Source: Ruditapes philippinarum (taxonomy: Eukaryota). From it: a DNA stretch of 64,000 bases. The notes beneath the pieces were generated by a model. That model saw only the letters and a list, made by a program, of their open reading frames with translations. It ran no database searches and had not been told where the DNA came from. Positions 1-12,638 of this stretch are shown one piece after another; within the stretch, counting starts at the first letter, position 1; the number at the start of each line of letters is the position of its first letter. The position numbers and the translations under genes are program-made. Location of the stretch: positions 62,001-126,000 of the forward strand of contig NW_026861239.1 of assembly GCF_026571515.1 (NCBI RefSeq), in the 5' to 3' direction.

Positions 1-787
1 CAATCCTAATTTCAACCTATCTGGTTGAGGAAAATCTGTTTTGAGATAAAATAAAACAACCAAATCATATTTTTGATTTCTAATTATAGCTATTTGCAAT
101 GATGTGGGCACTTTCAGAAATCCGAGATTGATCAATGCCATTTGTTATTTTGCCATTAACAAAATTAAATTAATCATCAGATATAATTTCCAGATTTTTA
201 TTTAACAATATTAAGTTAGAACGTGAACATTTTAAGCTCTTTTTAAAACTCAAACAGAATAATAAAAAAAAATACGTCTGGTGTTGTCAACGAATATTAT
301 TTATGCGTTTGTGCTTTTAAAGCTAGATACTGATGCAAGAAGTAACAATGGCAGAGTCCATTGACGATATTTCAGAATCGACATTATGTGGGCCAATTGC
401 AAAATTTGTATTTATATGACAAGATCGGAAATTAAGTACAGACAAAATAAATACTTCATATAACTGAATACATGTATTTTTTATTGATGTCATAACAATA
501 TGAATTATTTCTCGAGTTTTGATATCATCGATCGGAATTTTGTTATTTTGTGTCATCTATTATATAAAATATTTATCTTTAGTAAATAATAAAGACAAAT
601 AAAAGTCTAACAATCAGATACACAATGATTGATTATTTAAATTGTTACTATTTGTATTACAACTCTAAAGATACTAAGTATGCAGTCTTGAATGAAAATA
701 TAAGCGAATTTGAGCTGCAGTTAAAATATTTGATCATTTATTGATCTTCGGTTTTGCCTTCAGGGACTTTAAGCTTATGAACAAGCT

Positions 788-912
788 TTTGTTTGTTTGT
801 TTTATTGGGTTTTACGTCACACCGACACAGTATATGTCATATGGCAACGTTCCAGCTTTACTGGCGGAGGACGACCTCGGGTGCCCTTCCGTGCATTATT
901 TCAGGAACGGAC
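788..912 (-). mobile_element. 5'-truncated SINE (bivalve RUDI/V-domain-like family) with 12-bp TSD
   Basis: TSD tatgaacaagct at 776-787 and 913-924; (tttg)n tail; body aligns with the copies at 57.6, 58.5 and 63.7 kb. The family name is from memory. Confidence 0.85.
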
Positions 913-3059
913 TATGAACAAGCTAATAGATTTTTTTATTAAAACATGACTGTATCATTTAAAACAATAAACGATAATGTTGTTCATTTCTGAAGTGTAC
1001 TATTTAAACTTTTGTAGGAAGCATAAGGCTTATACAATTTAATTGGCGACCCTGAACTTACACGAACTTACCCTTATCACTTGTTCAGAGTAAAGTGTGT
1101 GTTAGATATAGCAATGAAGAAAAATATATCAGCTTCTAAGCCTGGTAAGTTAATGTTCCTTTGCATATAGAGACTATTGTTAAAGAATCCGTAATGAACA
1201 TAGTTTAAAATTTAAATGAATGTGAAATCGAAGAACAACTCGGTTGTTTAATGCCGGAGGAATATGTTTATTTTGAGTATTTTTATGTTTTTGCCTCTTA
1301 GTATTTCTAGATACACTTATTTGTAGTAATAATTTAAATAAATCAATCAGAGTATGTCGGAGTTTGTATAATCTTCATAAAAGAAGCGAGGAAAATGTGG
1401 ATAGCAACATCTAAGTTCATATGGCTAAAAATAAAACGGAACAATTGGTCATAGCCTCCTGCTTTTGAGATTAAACATTAACAGTTGTAAGTGCCTTTTT
1501 TTGGGTTATTTCGAACATATTATATTCCTTGGGAACAAAAGTATAATAGCAGTGAACTGTGTCATGATGACGCCTGTCTGTGACGGGAACTTTGACTAAA
1601 GTAGAATTTTACATTTTCATTTCTATACAGATTTCAGATATAAACTTGACACGACAGAAATCATATCGTTTTAGATATAGGAAATTATGTTACTTTTGTA
1701 TATTTCTCCTGATAAATCCTTAATAATAACATCCTGTTCAAATTTCTATAAGCAATATTAAATAACTGATACTGTTTTGTGTTTACTCGTTTGGCAATTT
1801 GACTAATACAATTAACGATTTGATATATCAAGGTATTTAATGTTTAATTAATTGATTTAATGTAATGAATTTCCAGACCAACACAATAGTAAATATCTAA
1901 ACTTGAAAATGAGTGAAGCGAAGAATTATGTGTTACAGAAAGAACAATGGTGAATAAGGCAAGGCGATGTTCACAAAATGCAGCCCGATGCAGCCACACT
2001 AGCAGGGTACTCAGAAGGCACCGAATCAGAAGCGTGAGAGGGCAACACAGCGGGGAAAGGAGGAGGGGACATGTCAATATCATAACGTATCATATAATAT
2101 TATCGTAATGAAGAACCGATTACATAAAAAGTATAACTAGCTGATACTCATCTCATTTAAAATGAGATTATGCTTATTTTTTCGATGTCATTTTAAAGTT
2201 GACTTGAATTAAGTAATATATTTCTATATGTGATTTACTATAATAGATGGTGATTAACCAATAATGTTAAGGATAAAATAAAGAAATCTAAAAGTATAAA
2301 TTTTTTGAAACACTGAACCATTTTTTTAGAAATTGAACGTTATCGATACATTTTGAACAATACTTATAAAAATTTCTAAAGAAACAGGGATTATTGATAA
2401 CTTTTGCACAGCGAAATATAAATTTGAACAAATTCATGGATCAATGTGAAGTGATTTTGACTTAAACATGTGCAAACACTATTAACACTTGGATTGGCAT
2501 AATGTGGCTTTGTTTTGCCACCTCATTACAGTACAGTTTACTGTTTACTAATCTCCTTGTAAAGCTTTTCTTACCTTAATCAATTCAGTTTTTAAAACTG
2601 TACGGATTTAATTGACTGATTTAAAGTTCAAACCAATATTGTAAGGATTTTATTTCTCTGGTTAAGTCTACACGAAGTCTTATAGCATTAAATACTTGAT
2701 AAATTGTCAATTTCCAAAACATTGTTTTATTACGAACCATGCTTGATTTTTTAAGAGCATTATTGAACTTTGGAGAATTGTTATTGTTAAGAATGACGCT
2801 GACCTAGATTGTGTATAAATTGAGTTAAATTATCAAAGGGTAACAACATAAATTGTCTTCAGGAGGCACGCAGTGAAAATAAAAGCAATTGTTATATAAT
2901 CAATCAAATAATTGAGATATATTGAATAAAAATTGCACAAAAAGTTGGCTATGGGATAATGGAATTTATTAAGTAAAATGATGAAACATTGTTTTATGAT
3001 GGAGTTGCAACGGATTATCATTATCGCTCACAAGAGAGTCAGTGTTAGAAATATGAAGA

Positions 3060-4180
3060 ACAAGATAAACAAGGAATGACGACATTTAGTAAACGTATTA
3101 GACAAAGTTCATAACTCTTCATCATTATTTTGTTAATATATGGCCCTAAGTTCATGATTTATTTAACATTGTAGAAGTTCACTAGGCAATACTACATGCC
3201 ATATATCAAGGCTCAAGACTAAGTCGTTTCCCACAAAACGACTTAAATGTGTTTTCTATAAGTTTATTAGCTGACCTCGAGAGAGGGACCAATTTTGATT
3301 TTTTTCAAAGAACTACAAGGAATGTTAAAATGGAAAACATGGGCATTTTAGTCTCACAAAAGTATATTTGAATTACATTTACTATGTATATTATATTTAA
3401 ACTAAGTGACTCAAGGGCGGGCACATTTTGACCTTAGGTGCATCATTTATATACTTTTGTAGTGGTTCTTCCATAATACTACAAGCTAAATATCCGAGTC
3501 GTGTGCATAATAGTTTAACGCAATAATATGAGTTTTCTGAAAGTTTCTTAAATCGTGAAAACAAGAGGCATGGTTTGCAGAACTTTTGTAGTTGACCACA
3601 AGTTGATGCTACATGACAAATATCTTGTTCTGGTCATTGCAGTTTCGAGGGAGAGTATTTATCAGATGTTTAACTATACTTCTATGAAAAATTGTGTCCC
3701 CGAATGGCAAGAGCTTACATTATTCTGTAGAAGACAACTATGTAATGCTATTGACTGAACATCAATACTTTGACCATCGTAGTTTCACAAAAAGGCAAAT
3801 ACATTTATTTACTATAATAGTATATTTTAACTTAATGAGCCCTAAGGCATAACAAGTTTTGATCCCTGGGACATGATCTATATAATTATAGTAAAGGAAG
3901 ACAAATTTATATTTCGCTTCATATCTAAGCTTGGGTTCTTAGAAGAGATTTTAAAAGATTATTTCTAGGTCCATTTTATGTTCCTGTGAATCAGACAAGA
4001 ACCGTGTATATAATACAATTTGCAATGGACCACCATATGACTATTCCTATTAACTTAAGTCACAATCTACCCTAGAAATATTGTTTTTTGGAGTAAATGT
4101 TATTGTGAATAACGACGAACGACGAATCACGCACGAAAGACGACATACATGTACATCATGCGAGCTCATGTGAACTGAAA
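3060..4180 (+). mobile_element. Degenerate Helentron-type non-autonomous element (pearl/CvA/HINE-like) with internal ~130-150 bp tandem units
   Basis: Recurring ctacatg.caaatatc-like motifs (~3192, ~3479, ~3609), a (gacga)-rich microsatellite at ~4110-4145 and a terminal hairpin-like gctcatgtgaactgaaa. A decayed paralogue lies at ~13500-14130. Confidence 0.55.
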
Positions 4181-6276
4181 ATTACAATAAAGTGTGAAGA
4201 TAATTCTTTTAGAAACCAATTTCAAATGATGTATGAGATACAAATGTTTTGATTATTATTTCTAGCACTGTTTCCCCTCTTTAATTGTTTTTGCTTACAA
4301 CAACGGGTGTAGAAGGGTGTGTGATGGGCTTCCCTGACATAATTTAAGTATTGCTATAATTTTATGTCCCTGGTTCTTCGAGAGAAATTGCTATAATTTC
4401 ATTGGATTCGTAATAGAACTTATTGCTTAATTTAGTGCTAGGTGAGTTAAAAAATGAGATATCTCATATTATCTGTCATAAATAGATTTATTTGAACAAA
4501 ATATAACTATTTTGTGCAGTATATCTTACGTAAGAATATACGAATCTTTGGATCTCTGGAAGAATCAACAAGACATTTAACTGATTAAAATTTTAATAAC
4601 AAACAAAACGATAACAAGCTGATGTGATCATTATCAACATTGTGAAAGGATGTACTGCACACAAAATGTCGTCAAAAAGGTCACTTAAGTGAAGTACAAC
4701 AATAAAACCCCACGGCATAATTCCTACTTAACGTTAAATGGTGAGAAATTGAATGTCAGGCAATTATTGCAATCATATTATTTATTGTACAGCGGATGTT
4801 ATTTTAGTGCGTGTCAATAAACATAGAGGAGATAGAGAAGAAGTCAAATAGTACATCATAGTTAAATCGTCGCTGATTTACAAAACGTGCAAAAAAATGG
4901 TCAAGATTTTTTTATATAAGCTATCCTTATAAAAATACATATTTTAGTAACTATTTAATTTACAGTCTTTCTGTATTTAAACATAAAAATCCTTCCACTA
5001 AAATGTACTTATCTACTGACACTTGATGATGAGAAAGTAGTGTCTTATGTACGTATTATATACTGTTTTGATTTAAAGCCCGAGTTTCTGCAGTCTTAAA
5101 ACCTTTTACAGAGAATGAAGAAAATGCCATTTATTTTCCAAATAAGATACCTAAATGATATACTTTGAGCCCGAAGAGAAAGATGAACCATTAAACTGTC
5201 ATAGAAATGTGTTTCCACTTTAATGTGTCTTTGAAAAAGATCTTAATAATGTAAACAACCTAGAAAGAAAAAAAGATTATGATTAGAAAAGAAATTTAGT
5301 ACAGAAACCATGTTAAACAAGAGTCAATAATAGTGTAAACATGTAAGTGTACAAATTATGTTGAATTCTTATTCAATTCAAAATTAAATATTGTTGTTAT
5401 CAATTCTTGGCATTTATAAAGACTAATACATACATCAAAGAAATGACATTTAATAAAGTTTAAAAAATGATTTTAATAAAAACAATGCAACGGAAAAGGG
5501 CATACATGTAAAACCACATGTGCAACATTTCTATCTCTAAATAAGCCTATAGTAAAACATACTATATTCATAACATTCTTACGTCAGATAACAATCTGAC
5601 ACATTTTTAGAAGATAGATGAAACAGATGATTTGATCGATGAGTGAATTTTATGTATAAAGTAGATAACGATATCACATATTAAATGTTAGAGTTATAAA
5701 CACGTATCTTAATACCCGTTGGGACGTTTTCTTTTTTAATGAATGCTTAAAAACAAGTGTTCATTATTTTCCAATCGTTTTCCGAGTCCATCTTGTTACT
5801 TTGTCCATTATCTAATTATTGAATAAAAAAAAGACTAAATTTTACATTCCAAATGTTTAAATGTCTTCCGATTTTTTTCTGAAACAATAACTTGATTTAA
5901 AGAGCATTTTAAAGAATGTTTGAACAGTTTATTTCAATTTCTGAATTGATCAATCAAGAAGAGGAATAAAAAATAAATGAATGGAACTTTAAACTATCAC
6001 GCTATTATCTCTTCATTCAATTTCGAAAAGAAATCGCTTCCTAACTTCAATCAATGAATCAAAGCTATCCAATTCTATTGTAACATCACGATAATATTTC
6101 ACCATCAAATGCATATATAAATTCTGAAAGCGTTGAACTATTTTCCGTATTTTGATTAACTTACAAAAGCCTGGATATTCTCAACCAATTTATAAGTGGA
6201 ATGCCGTATTGATATTTTGATAATATCCTTTTTTACGTTCACACAATTGACCTTAAACGAATTTGGTATCGTTATT

Positions 6277-7150
6277 GCTGCGTCACAATAAACTCCGATT
6301 AGGTTAAGGATGGGGTATGAGTGTCTGAACACTAGTATTTAAAGGTCTCGGACCGATGATCCTTCGCTGACAAGCCAGAGGTAGGGCATCGTACGGGTAA
6401 CCGTAGACATTTAGCACGGAGTTATTTTCTTGCGGTATGAAGCACATCGCTGGCTCACTGTAGCAGACAAGGTGAAAAACCTTCCGATATCCGGTTGCAT
6501 GCCGGTGAAAAATTTCACATTCTTGGCACAAAATAACCCTCCGAACGGTCAACAAAGGCGACTCAGCTGGACGCCGTACGTTGTCCGTATGGTCTTATAA
6601 TGCCCATATTGACACCGTAAGACCTGACGACAGGTAAAGCGTTGGACTGTGAATCGGAACTCGGGTTAAATTCCCCGAGGTTAAGGACACTTTCGTTGTG
6701 GTTGATCATGAACTCTTTTCTATGGTCATTCGCACTGTACCTCTGCACCGCATGTACAGAAGTTATCAGTTCCTTGCAAAAGTGAAGTCGACTAGTACTG
6801 GTTAACTGCTGGACAGCCTGCCTAAGAACGAAGGGAGAAGACATGCCATACAAATACCAATAGCCGATCGGATATCGCACGGTTTTTGCCCGCATACCTT
6901 ACTGTAACTGTACGATGGCGCAAAATGGCCGGATAACGGACAACAATTGTGCATTTATAGTAGTACGACAGTCGGCCAATTATCTTTAGAATATCGAACC
7001 GTCCGAAATGCCTTCAGGACCACAGAGGGTAAATGACGACTCCTATCTTCCTGGATAGGATTAAAATGTTTCCTTCCGATCTTAAATTATAAACGGTGTT
7101 CCATGGATCCCTGTATCTCGGCCGGTCCCCGCTTGTAATGTGACGCAGGC
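6277..7150. mobile_element. Non-autonomous TIR element (Harbinger-like MITE), GC-richer than its flanks
   Basis: ctgcgtcaca at 6278 and tgtgacgcag at 7139-7148 are inverted repeats. The element is absent from the paralogous site near 17270-17290. The superfamily is an inference. Confidence 0.65.
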
Positions 7151-7788
7151 TTTAACGAACACATTTTACATATTGTATCATTGAATTCTGTCTACCTGCA
7201 AGCAGTCATCTTTTCTATGACCCAAAATATCTTCTGAACATATAATGGCTAATGAAATATATATATTTAAGACTTCTATAATTTGAATACAATTCTTAAT
7301 ATTCTATTCAAAACCAAATATTACAAATTGTGCTATTAAACATTAAATAAAATAGAAAAACAAACAGTCCTGTTATTCACTAGCAAATATTATGGTATAG
7401 AATTACTTTCACCATCATTGTGACTACAAAAATCTATCACGTTAAAGCACACTTGACAACATTGCAGCGTTCTGCAATTTTCATGACACCAACGGATAAC
7501 CTGTTGTGACAGTTTGCATACAAATAACTGAATTAATAAATCTAAACTTGATGATATTTCATTTCTTAAAACAAGGTCTGAGGTTTGTGATCAATCTTAA
7601 ATTAAAATGTTGAAATGTTGAAAAACGATATTACACTAGTGTAATAACACTTTGACGTGACGTCATTTGCGCTATATAGAAACATAGCGTAAAAACGCGC
7701 TAATGTTAGCGTTACACTAAAGGCGTGTCAATGAAAAATGACTCTTTTTGACAGTTTACCGTTATGATTTTAATATGTGATAAATAGT

Positions 7789-8933
7789 ATATGTTATTTT
7801 GGTTTTGGAGTGATATATGTGGATATATTACCTGCTAAGATTTTATATCACCCGAGCCGTTAGGCGAGGGTGATATTTTATCTTGGCAGGTAATATATCC
7901 ACATATATCACTCCAAAACCAAAATAATAATTTTATTACCCTTCCCCTGCCGAGTTTAGACGATTTTTAAAAAAATCATTGCTGTTTCAAATGAAACGTC
8001 GAAATAAGATTCCCTTTAGGGTACCTCTTCGTCACAACATGACGTCACATAAATACATGACATATTTTTCCCGTACCTAACGAATGTAAGGGGGCAGGGG
8101 ACCTAAAAATGAAAAATTTTGTATTTCAGTGTGACCAGAAACACAATTCCAAATATTTCAAAATCTGTTTCACAGGCAGATAACCAGTTGCACAGCTTTA
8201 TTCAATGATATATGACATACATTGAAGAAAATAATAGTTTGCATGCATTGCTCCTTCAAAAAATGACTGACAGCAATTTATATTTACCCCCACCCAGCCA
8301 AAATCACACCTAAAATATACCAATATGGGCAATCTTCATGAAGGTGCAGCATACTCCAGAATCCGCCCGATTCCTTTAAAAATATCTGTAACACGCAGTG
8401 CAAGCTATGGCATTTTCAGAAATGACAAATAAAGTGTCTGTCATACGTTTAGATTTTTCACAAAATTTATCTGAAATTTCTTACTTGTTTGGCGCCAACT
8501 GTCAAAGCTTGATTTTTAACTTTTTCACCTCCATACGGAGAGTCAGAAATACATACAAAGCTACCAAAATGCTTAGTTTCGGGTAAAATCCCAAAAATAT
8601 ATCTCATTTCCTACACACAAACAAGAAAGAATTACAATGACAGAGAAATATCAGAAGTTATCAGTACCTTCAAAACACCATGTCTGAGTTATTAAACTAT
8701 TTGACCGGGGCCATCATTCAAATATGTCCCCTGCCCCCCAAGAGAAAAGGAGTAGTCTATTGAAAGCACTTTTTTGAAATTAATATCAAGCATCACAAGG
8801 TCATATTTGTTTTCAATACTGATAGGAATTTGTATCATTACTCTACTTTGGTAAATATTTATCATTTGACAGTTAAAAAAATCTTAGCAGGTAATATATC
8901 CACATATATCACTCCAAAACCAAAATAACATAT
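7789..8933. mobile_element. Fold-back element with perfect 56-bp terminal inverted repeats and a third internal copy of the arm (Crypton-like non-autonomous candidate)
   Basis: 7789-7844 is the exact reverse complement of 8878-8933. A third arm copy at 7880-7927 forms a ~135-bp hairpin around cacccgagccgttaggcgagggtg. Confidence 0.8.
8090..8738. mobile_element. MITE with GGGGGCAGGGGAC TIRs, nested in the fold-back element
   Basis: taa|gggggcaggggac at 8090 and gtcccctgccccc|caa at 8738; 3-bp TAA-type TSD with one mismatch. Confidence 0.75.
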
Positions 8934-8944
8934 CATATTCGTGT

Positions 8945-9062
8945 AGATTCAATACTAAATTTATTGAACACGTTGAATAAAACAATATTATGCTCGCCAG
9001 AGGCTCGCATAATATAATTTTATTCAACTCGTTCATTAAACTACACTCATTCAATATCCTCT
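8945..9062. mobile_element. Fold-back end of an older element (its left part probably ~7560-7788)
   Basis: gttgaataaaac.atattatg-ctcgccagaggctcg-cataatat.attttattcaac is an imperfect palindrome. Confidence 0.65.
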
Positions 9063-10856
9063 ATATAATTGATGGAAAAGGTCTTAATGCGGTCAAGTGA
9101 ATGATATATTATGTGACTTTTGTGCATGTTGATTCTACAACAATAATCATACTTGTAACCATCCTCATTAAATTTATCATTCAAGATATGCAATGGGTGA
9201 AAAGCGAAAAGTTACATACCATGATCAGTCAGGATGATCTTGATGCAAAAGTAAAATTAGTTGTTACTATAATGAGACTAGGTGGTCAATACGGAGAAAC
9301 AAATGGCCAATATAGATATAAGGTGCTTGCCGATGTTGATAAGGATGAGCCTTTCACATTTAACAAATATTCATAAAATAAACAATCGGGATTTTAATTT
9401 TCCTAAACGTGAAAATGTCTTGAAAACAAATTTATATATTTACAGACATTTCCTGAAAACAATATCAAACAAGTAGATTCTCGTATACAACTTGTAACAA
9501 ATGGTTATATATGAAAAACACGCGATTTCTTTATTAGAAATGTTTGTATAGAATATTTTATATTGTATTGCTTGTTTTTAGCCTTCTAGCAATAAACCTT
9601 TTACATTTGTATTTTGGTTGACATAAGGAGACATATAGTCGCGGATGTAATATTGATATTGTAGTGTTATTGAATTCAAGTAGAAATTTATACTTATATC
9701 TATAGCTTATTTGTCTGAATTACTATGAATTTCTGGCCTGCAGAACTAACTTCTTATTTCTAGAGACATATAATTTATACCGTTTCCATGCTTTACGTTT
9801 TGGTAAGCTCAAAATTGCTTAATTCATACATAAATATTATGACATATTAACTGTAAAAGCCGTTCCACTCAAAAAGTATTGTATGACAGTGTTTTGTCAG
9901 AAAATATAACAAAAGTGGAACGAATTACAAAACTATATATATATATATATAGTTTTGTAATATATAGTACATGTATATATATTTATAGTATGTATAAATG
10001 TTTATGTATCTTTTGCACCCTTGGCTTCACTGATTATCTAAAACAAAGGTGTGTTTTGAGAAATGAAAACTTATTATGCTGTCAGATTCAGTTAGATAAC
10101 ATCTGTCAAAAGGCAAAGAAAAAATATGGAATGAAAAAAATAAAATAAAATAAAACAAATATACGATGTAGGAAGAACCCTATATGTCTTTTGCCATTAA
10201 TAACACAAAACAAGACTACTTTTAACTAATTAGTATCTGTTTATAGAAAACAAATATTTTTATGTTCTGAAAAAATACAAATTCGTCTTCAGACACGCAC
10301 ATTTATAATTAGAGCTATTTGCAATGATATACGTAATTTCATAATCAGATGTTTGATTTATTATTTTGTCATACACAAAACATTAAATTACTCATTAGCG
10401 ATATTATCAGTAAATTGTTAGCAAAAGTGTAATAATTTTGGGCTCTCTTTATTATTTAAACAGAAGGATAATACCTATAAACTTCTTTAGACAATGAATA
10501 TTACTTTTGCATGTTATATCGTTTGTGCTTTATGTGTTTGACGAGGGAGCAACAATAGAACGAAGTTTCTTTTATGTTATGAATCCGCAAAATGCGGATC
10601 ATGATCACAAATCTATGTGACAAGAACGGCAATTTAGTATAGAGAAATTTGAAATTCATTTGTCTTCGGGTTTTATGGTGCATATGACAGCACATCAACT
10701 GAACTATATGAAGTTTTAAAATTTCTTATAATGTTTCTTCTATAATACCTATAGCCTAATGTGATATTGCCAAGACAGATCCTTACACGTTATCTGTATT
10801 GAATGAAAGAAAGAAAACTTTTAATTTTACGCTTATAGCGAATTTAAACTGCTGTG

Positions 10857-11209
10857 TAAAGTGACATTATGCTCATATTTTCATAGTCAAGATGCACACT
10901 CTCAAGATGAGCTGAACTGACTATATATTTCAAAATATTGACTGTTAAAATGGTGATTGACCAACAGTTCATATTGGAAAATGTTTTTGATAAAATTTAA
11001 AATCTGCCTAAAATATAAGAAGACTGTCCCACTCTTTTCAGGTAAATTCTAATGGATATTTACGAAAAAATCGTTTGGATCCATGAGTTGTTTATTGTTT
11101 ATCTGAACTAATGGACTTCATTAAAAATAATTATGGCAAAATGAAAACTTATTTTGTTTTCCACCCGTTCACTCATTTATACACTTGGATGGGTATAATG
11201 TCACTTTAA
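10857..11209. mobile_element. TTAA-target MITE (Kolobok-type ends)
   Basis: Left aaagtgacattatgctcat versus right (reverse-complemented) aaagtgacattatacccat; flanked by gtaa / ttaa. Confidence 0.75.
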
Positions 11210-11438
11210 GTATTTGATAAATTACAGATTGACAGATAAAGTGTTTCATGAATACCGGGGTTCTATGCTGACTCGTTACACTTAGAATAATGCAATTGAT
11301 TGATTTAATGTCATGAATTTGAAACATATATTAAACTTGAAAATGAGTGAAGGGAAAGAAACATAAAGGAGGATAATTATATCAATGAGTTAATCATCAT
11401 AAAATGTATAACAAGGTCATGCTCAGTTATTTGCATTA

Positions 11439-12638
11439 CGAAGGGTGTTCTATGAATGCAACTGGGTCAAATTTCAGAAGTGCTTAACAAACAGTGCCAA
11501 AATAATTGTCTCAATCCTTATAAATACTCACCACCATGTGATATACAATAATTTAGTCTTTTTATCCAATTTTTAATGCGTTTTCATAATCTTTTCGAGG
11601 TATTCGGTTCCGACACTGGAAAAAAGCGATCCGAAACTTTTTCGCGTTTTATTTTTCTTCCAGCAAGGTGTTTTTGAGTCTCGGAAATAGGAAAAAGTCA
11701 CAAGGGCAAGATCTGGCGAATAAGGAGGGTGATGAAGCTAGACAACCTTTTTCTGTTTCAGATATTCTCGTACAATGGCCGCTATGTGTGAAGAAAAAAA
11801 GCATTGTCATGCATTTGAATAGCAGGACCTTGATTGGTAAAGAAAATAATTACATACATGACATTTTTGACGCTCATGGTGCGTTTTGCTATGCAAGGTC
11901 TTTGACTTCCTTTGGTTGCTTATATTTTGTTATGCATCTTTCGCTTGGGCTCATAAAAGTGAACCCATGCCACATCGCCAGTAATGATATTTGCGAAAGA
12001 TCGATTGTTTATTTCGCGAACTGTTTCAACAATTGTTTGGAGAGTCTTACACGAGCAAGTGTTTGCTCATTTGTTAGGAGATGGGGTATCCATCTGGCAC
12101 TTATCCTTCTGATTTTTAAGTCACGCATGAGAATTCTATGAGGGGCACATACAGAGATACCTACGCATTTAGCTATATACTTAGTTGTAAATCTTGCATC
12201 AAAGCAATAAAATACTTTACTTTTCAGCCATCTTTTGCGAAGTTGCAGGTTTCGGACGGCCTTCATGAGATGCATCTTTTACTGAATAAACACCACTTTT
12301 AAATTTCTTACACCACCGTGTGGCAGATGAAAAAGAATGTTTATTGTTACCATAAACACGTCATATTTCATTTATTATGTCTTTCGCCTGTATACCAATA
12401 ATATAGCAGTTTTTGATATAAGACCGTATTTTGTCAGTGAAAGGAGACCTTTTGCTTTAGTATACACGAGTAGATAGCGTAAATCGAGCTATTGACAAAG
12501 CTAGACTTCACCGATTTACACATGTATTGTATTAATTGAGAGCTTACACAACCATCTATGCCATTCATGTACATAGTTCGCGCAAAACGTGGTTAAAAGC
12601 GAGATTTTGGCCAAGTTGCATTCATATTTGAACACATT
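11439..12638 (-). mobile_element. Decayed mariner (Tc1/mariner) transposon with a pseudogenised transposase
   Basis: TA|CGAAGGGTGTTC left end; TIR tatgaatgcaactgggtcaaa versus right (reverse-complemented) tatgaatgcaacttggccaaa. Minus-strand frames give ARWIPHLLT (WVPHEL motif) and HPPYSPDLA-CDFFLFPRLK (YSPDL motif), with frameshifts. Confidence 0.92.

Larger units (their letters stand above)
80..7480 (+). repeat. Old segmental duplication, copy 1 (may extend left of the window)
   Basis: Collinear anchors with ~10300-17860: agctatttgcaatgat (~88/~10313), aaacttgaaaatgagtgaag (~1899/~11333), ctctggttaagtctac (~2656/~12832), ttggctatgggataatg (~2945/~13368), tcacttaagtgaagtacaacaataaaa (4681/14645), and 5975-6030 identical to 16974-17029. 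Confidence 0.85.

Noticed and set aside
6304-6895. Two ORFs of 83 and 110 aa
   Set aside because: They lie inside a GC-richer MITE and show no recognisable domain; longer chance ORFs are expected there.
11668-12141. 157-aa plus-strand ORF
   Set aside because: It is the antisense frame of the decayed mariner transposase.
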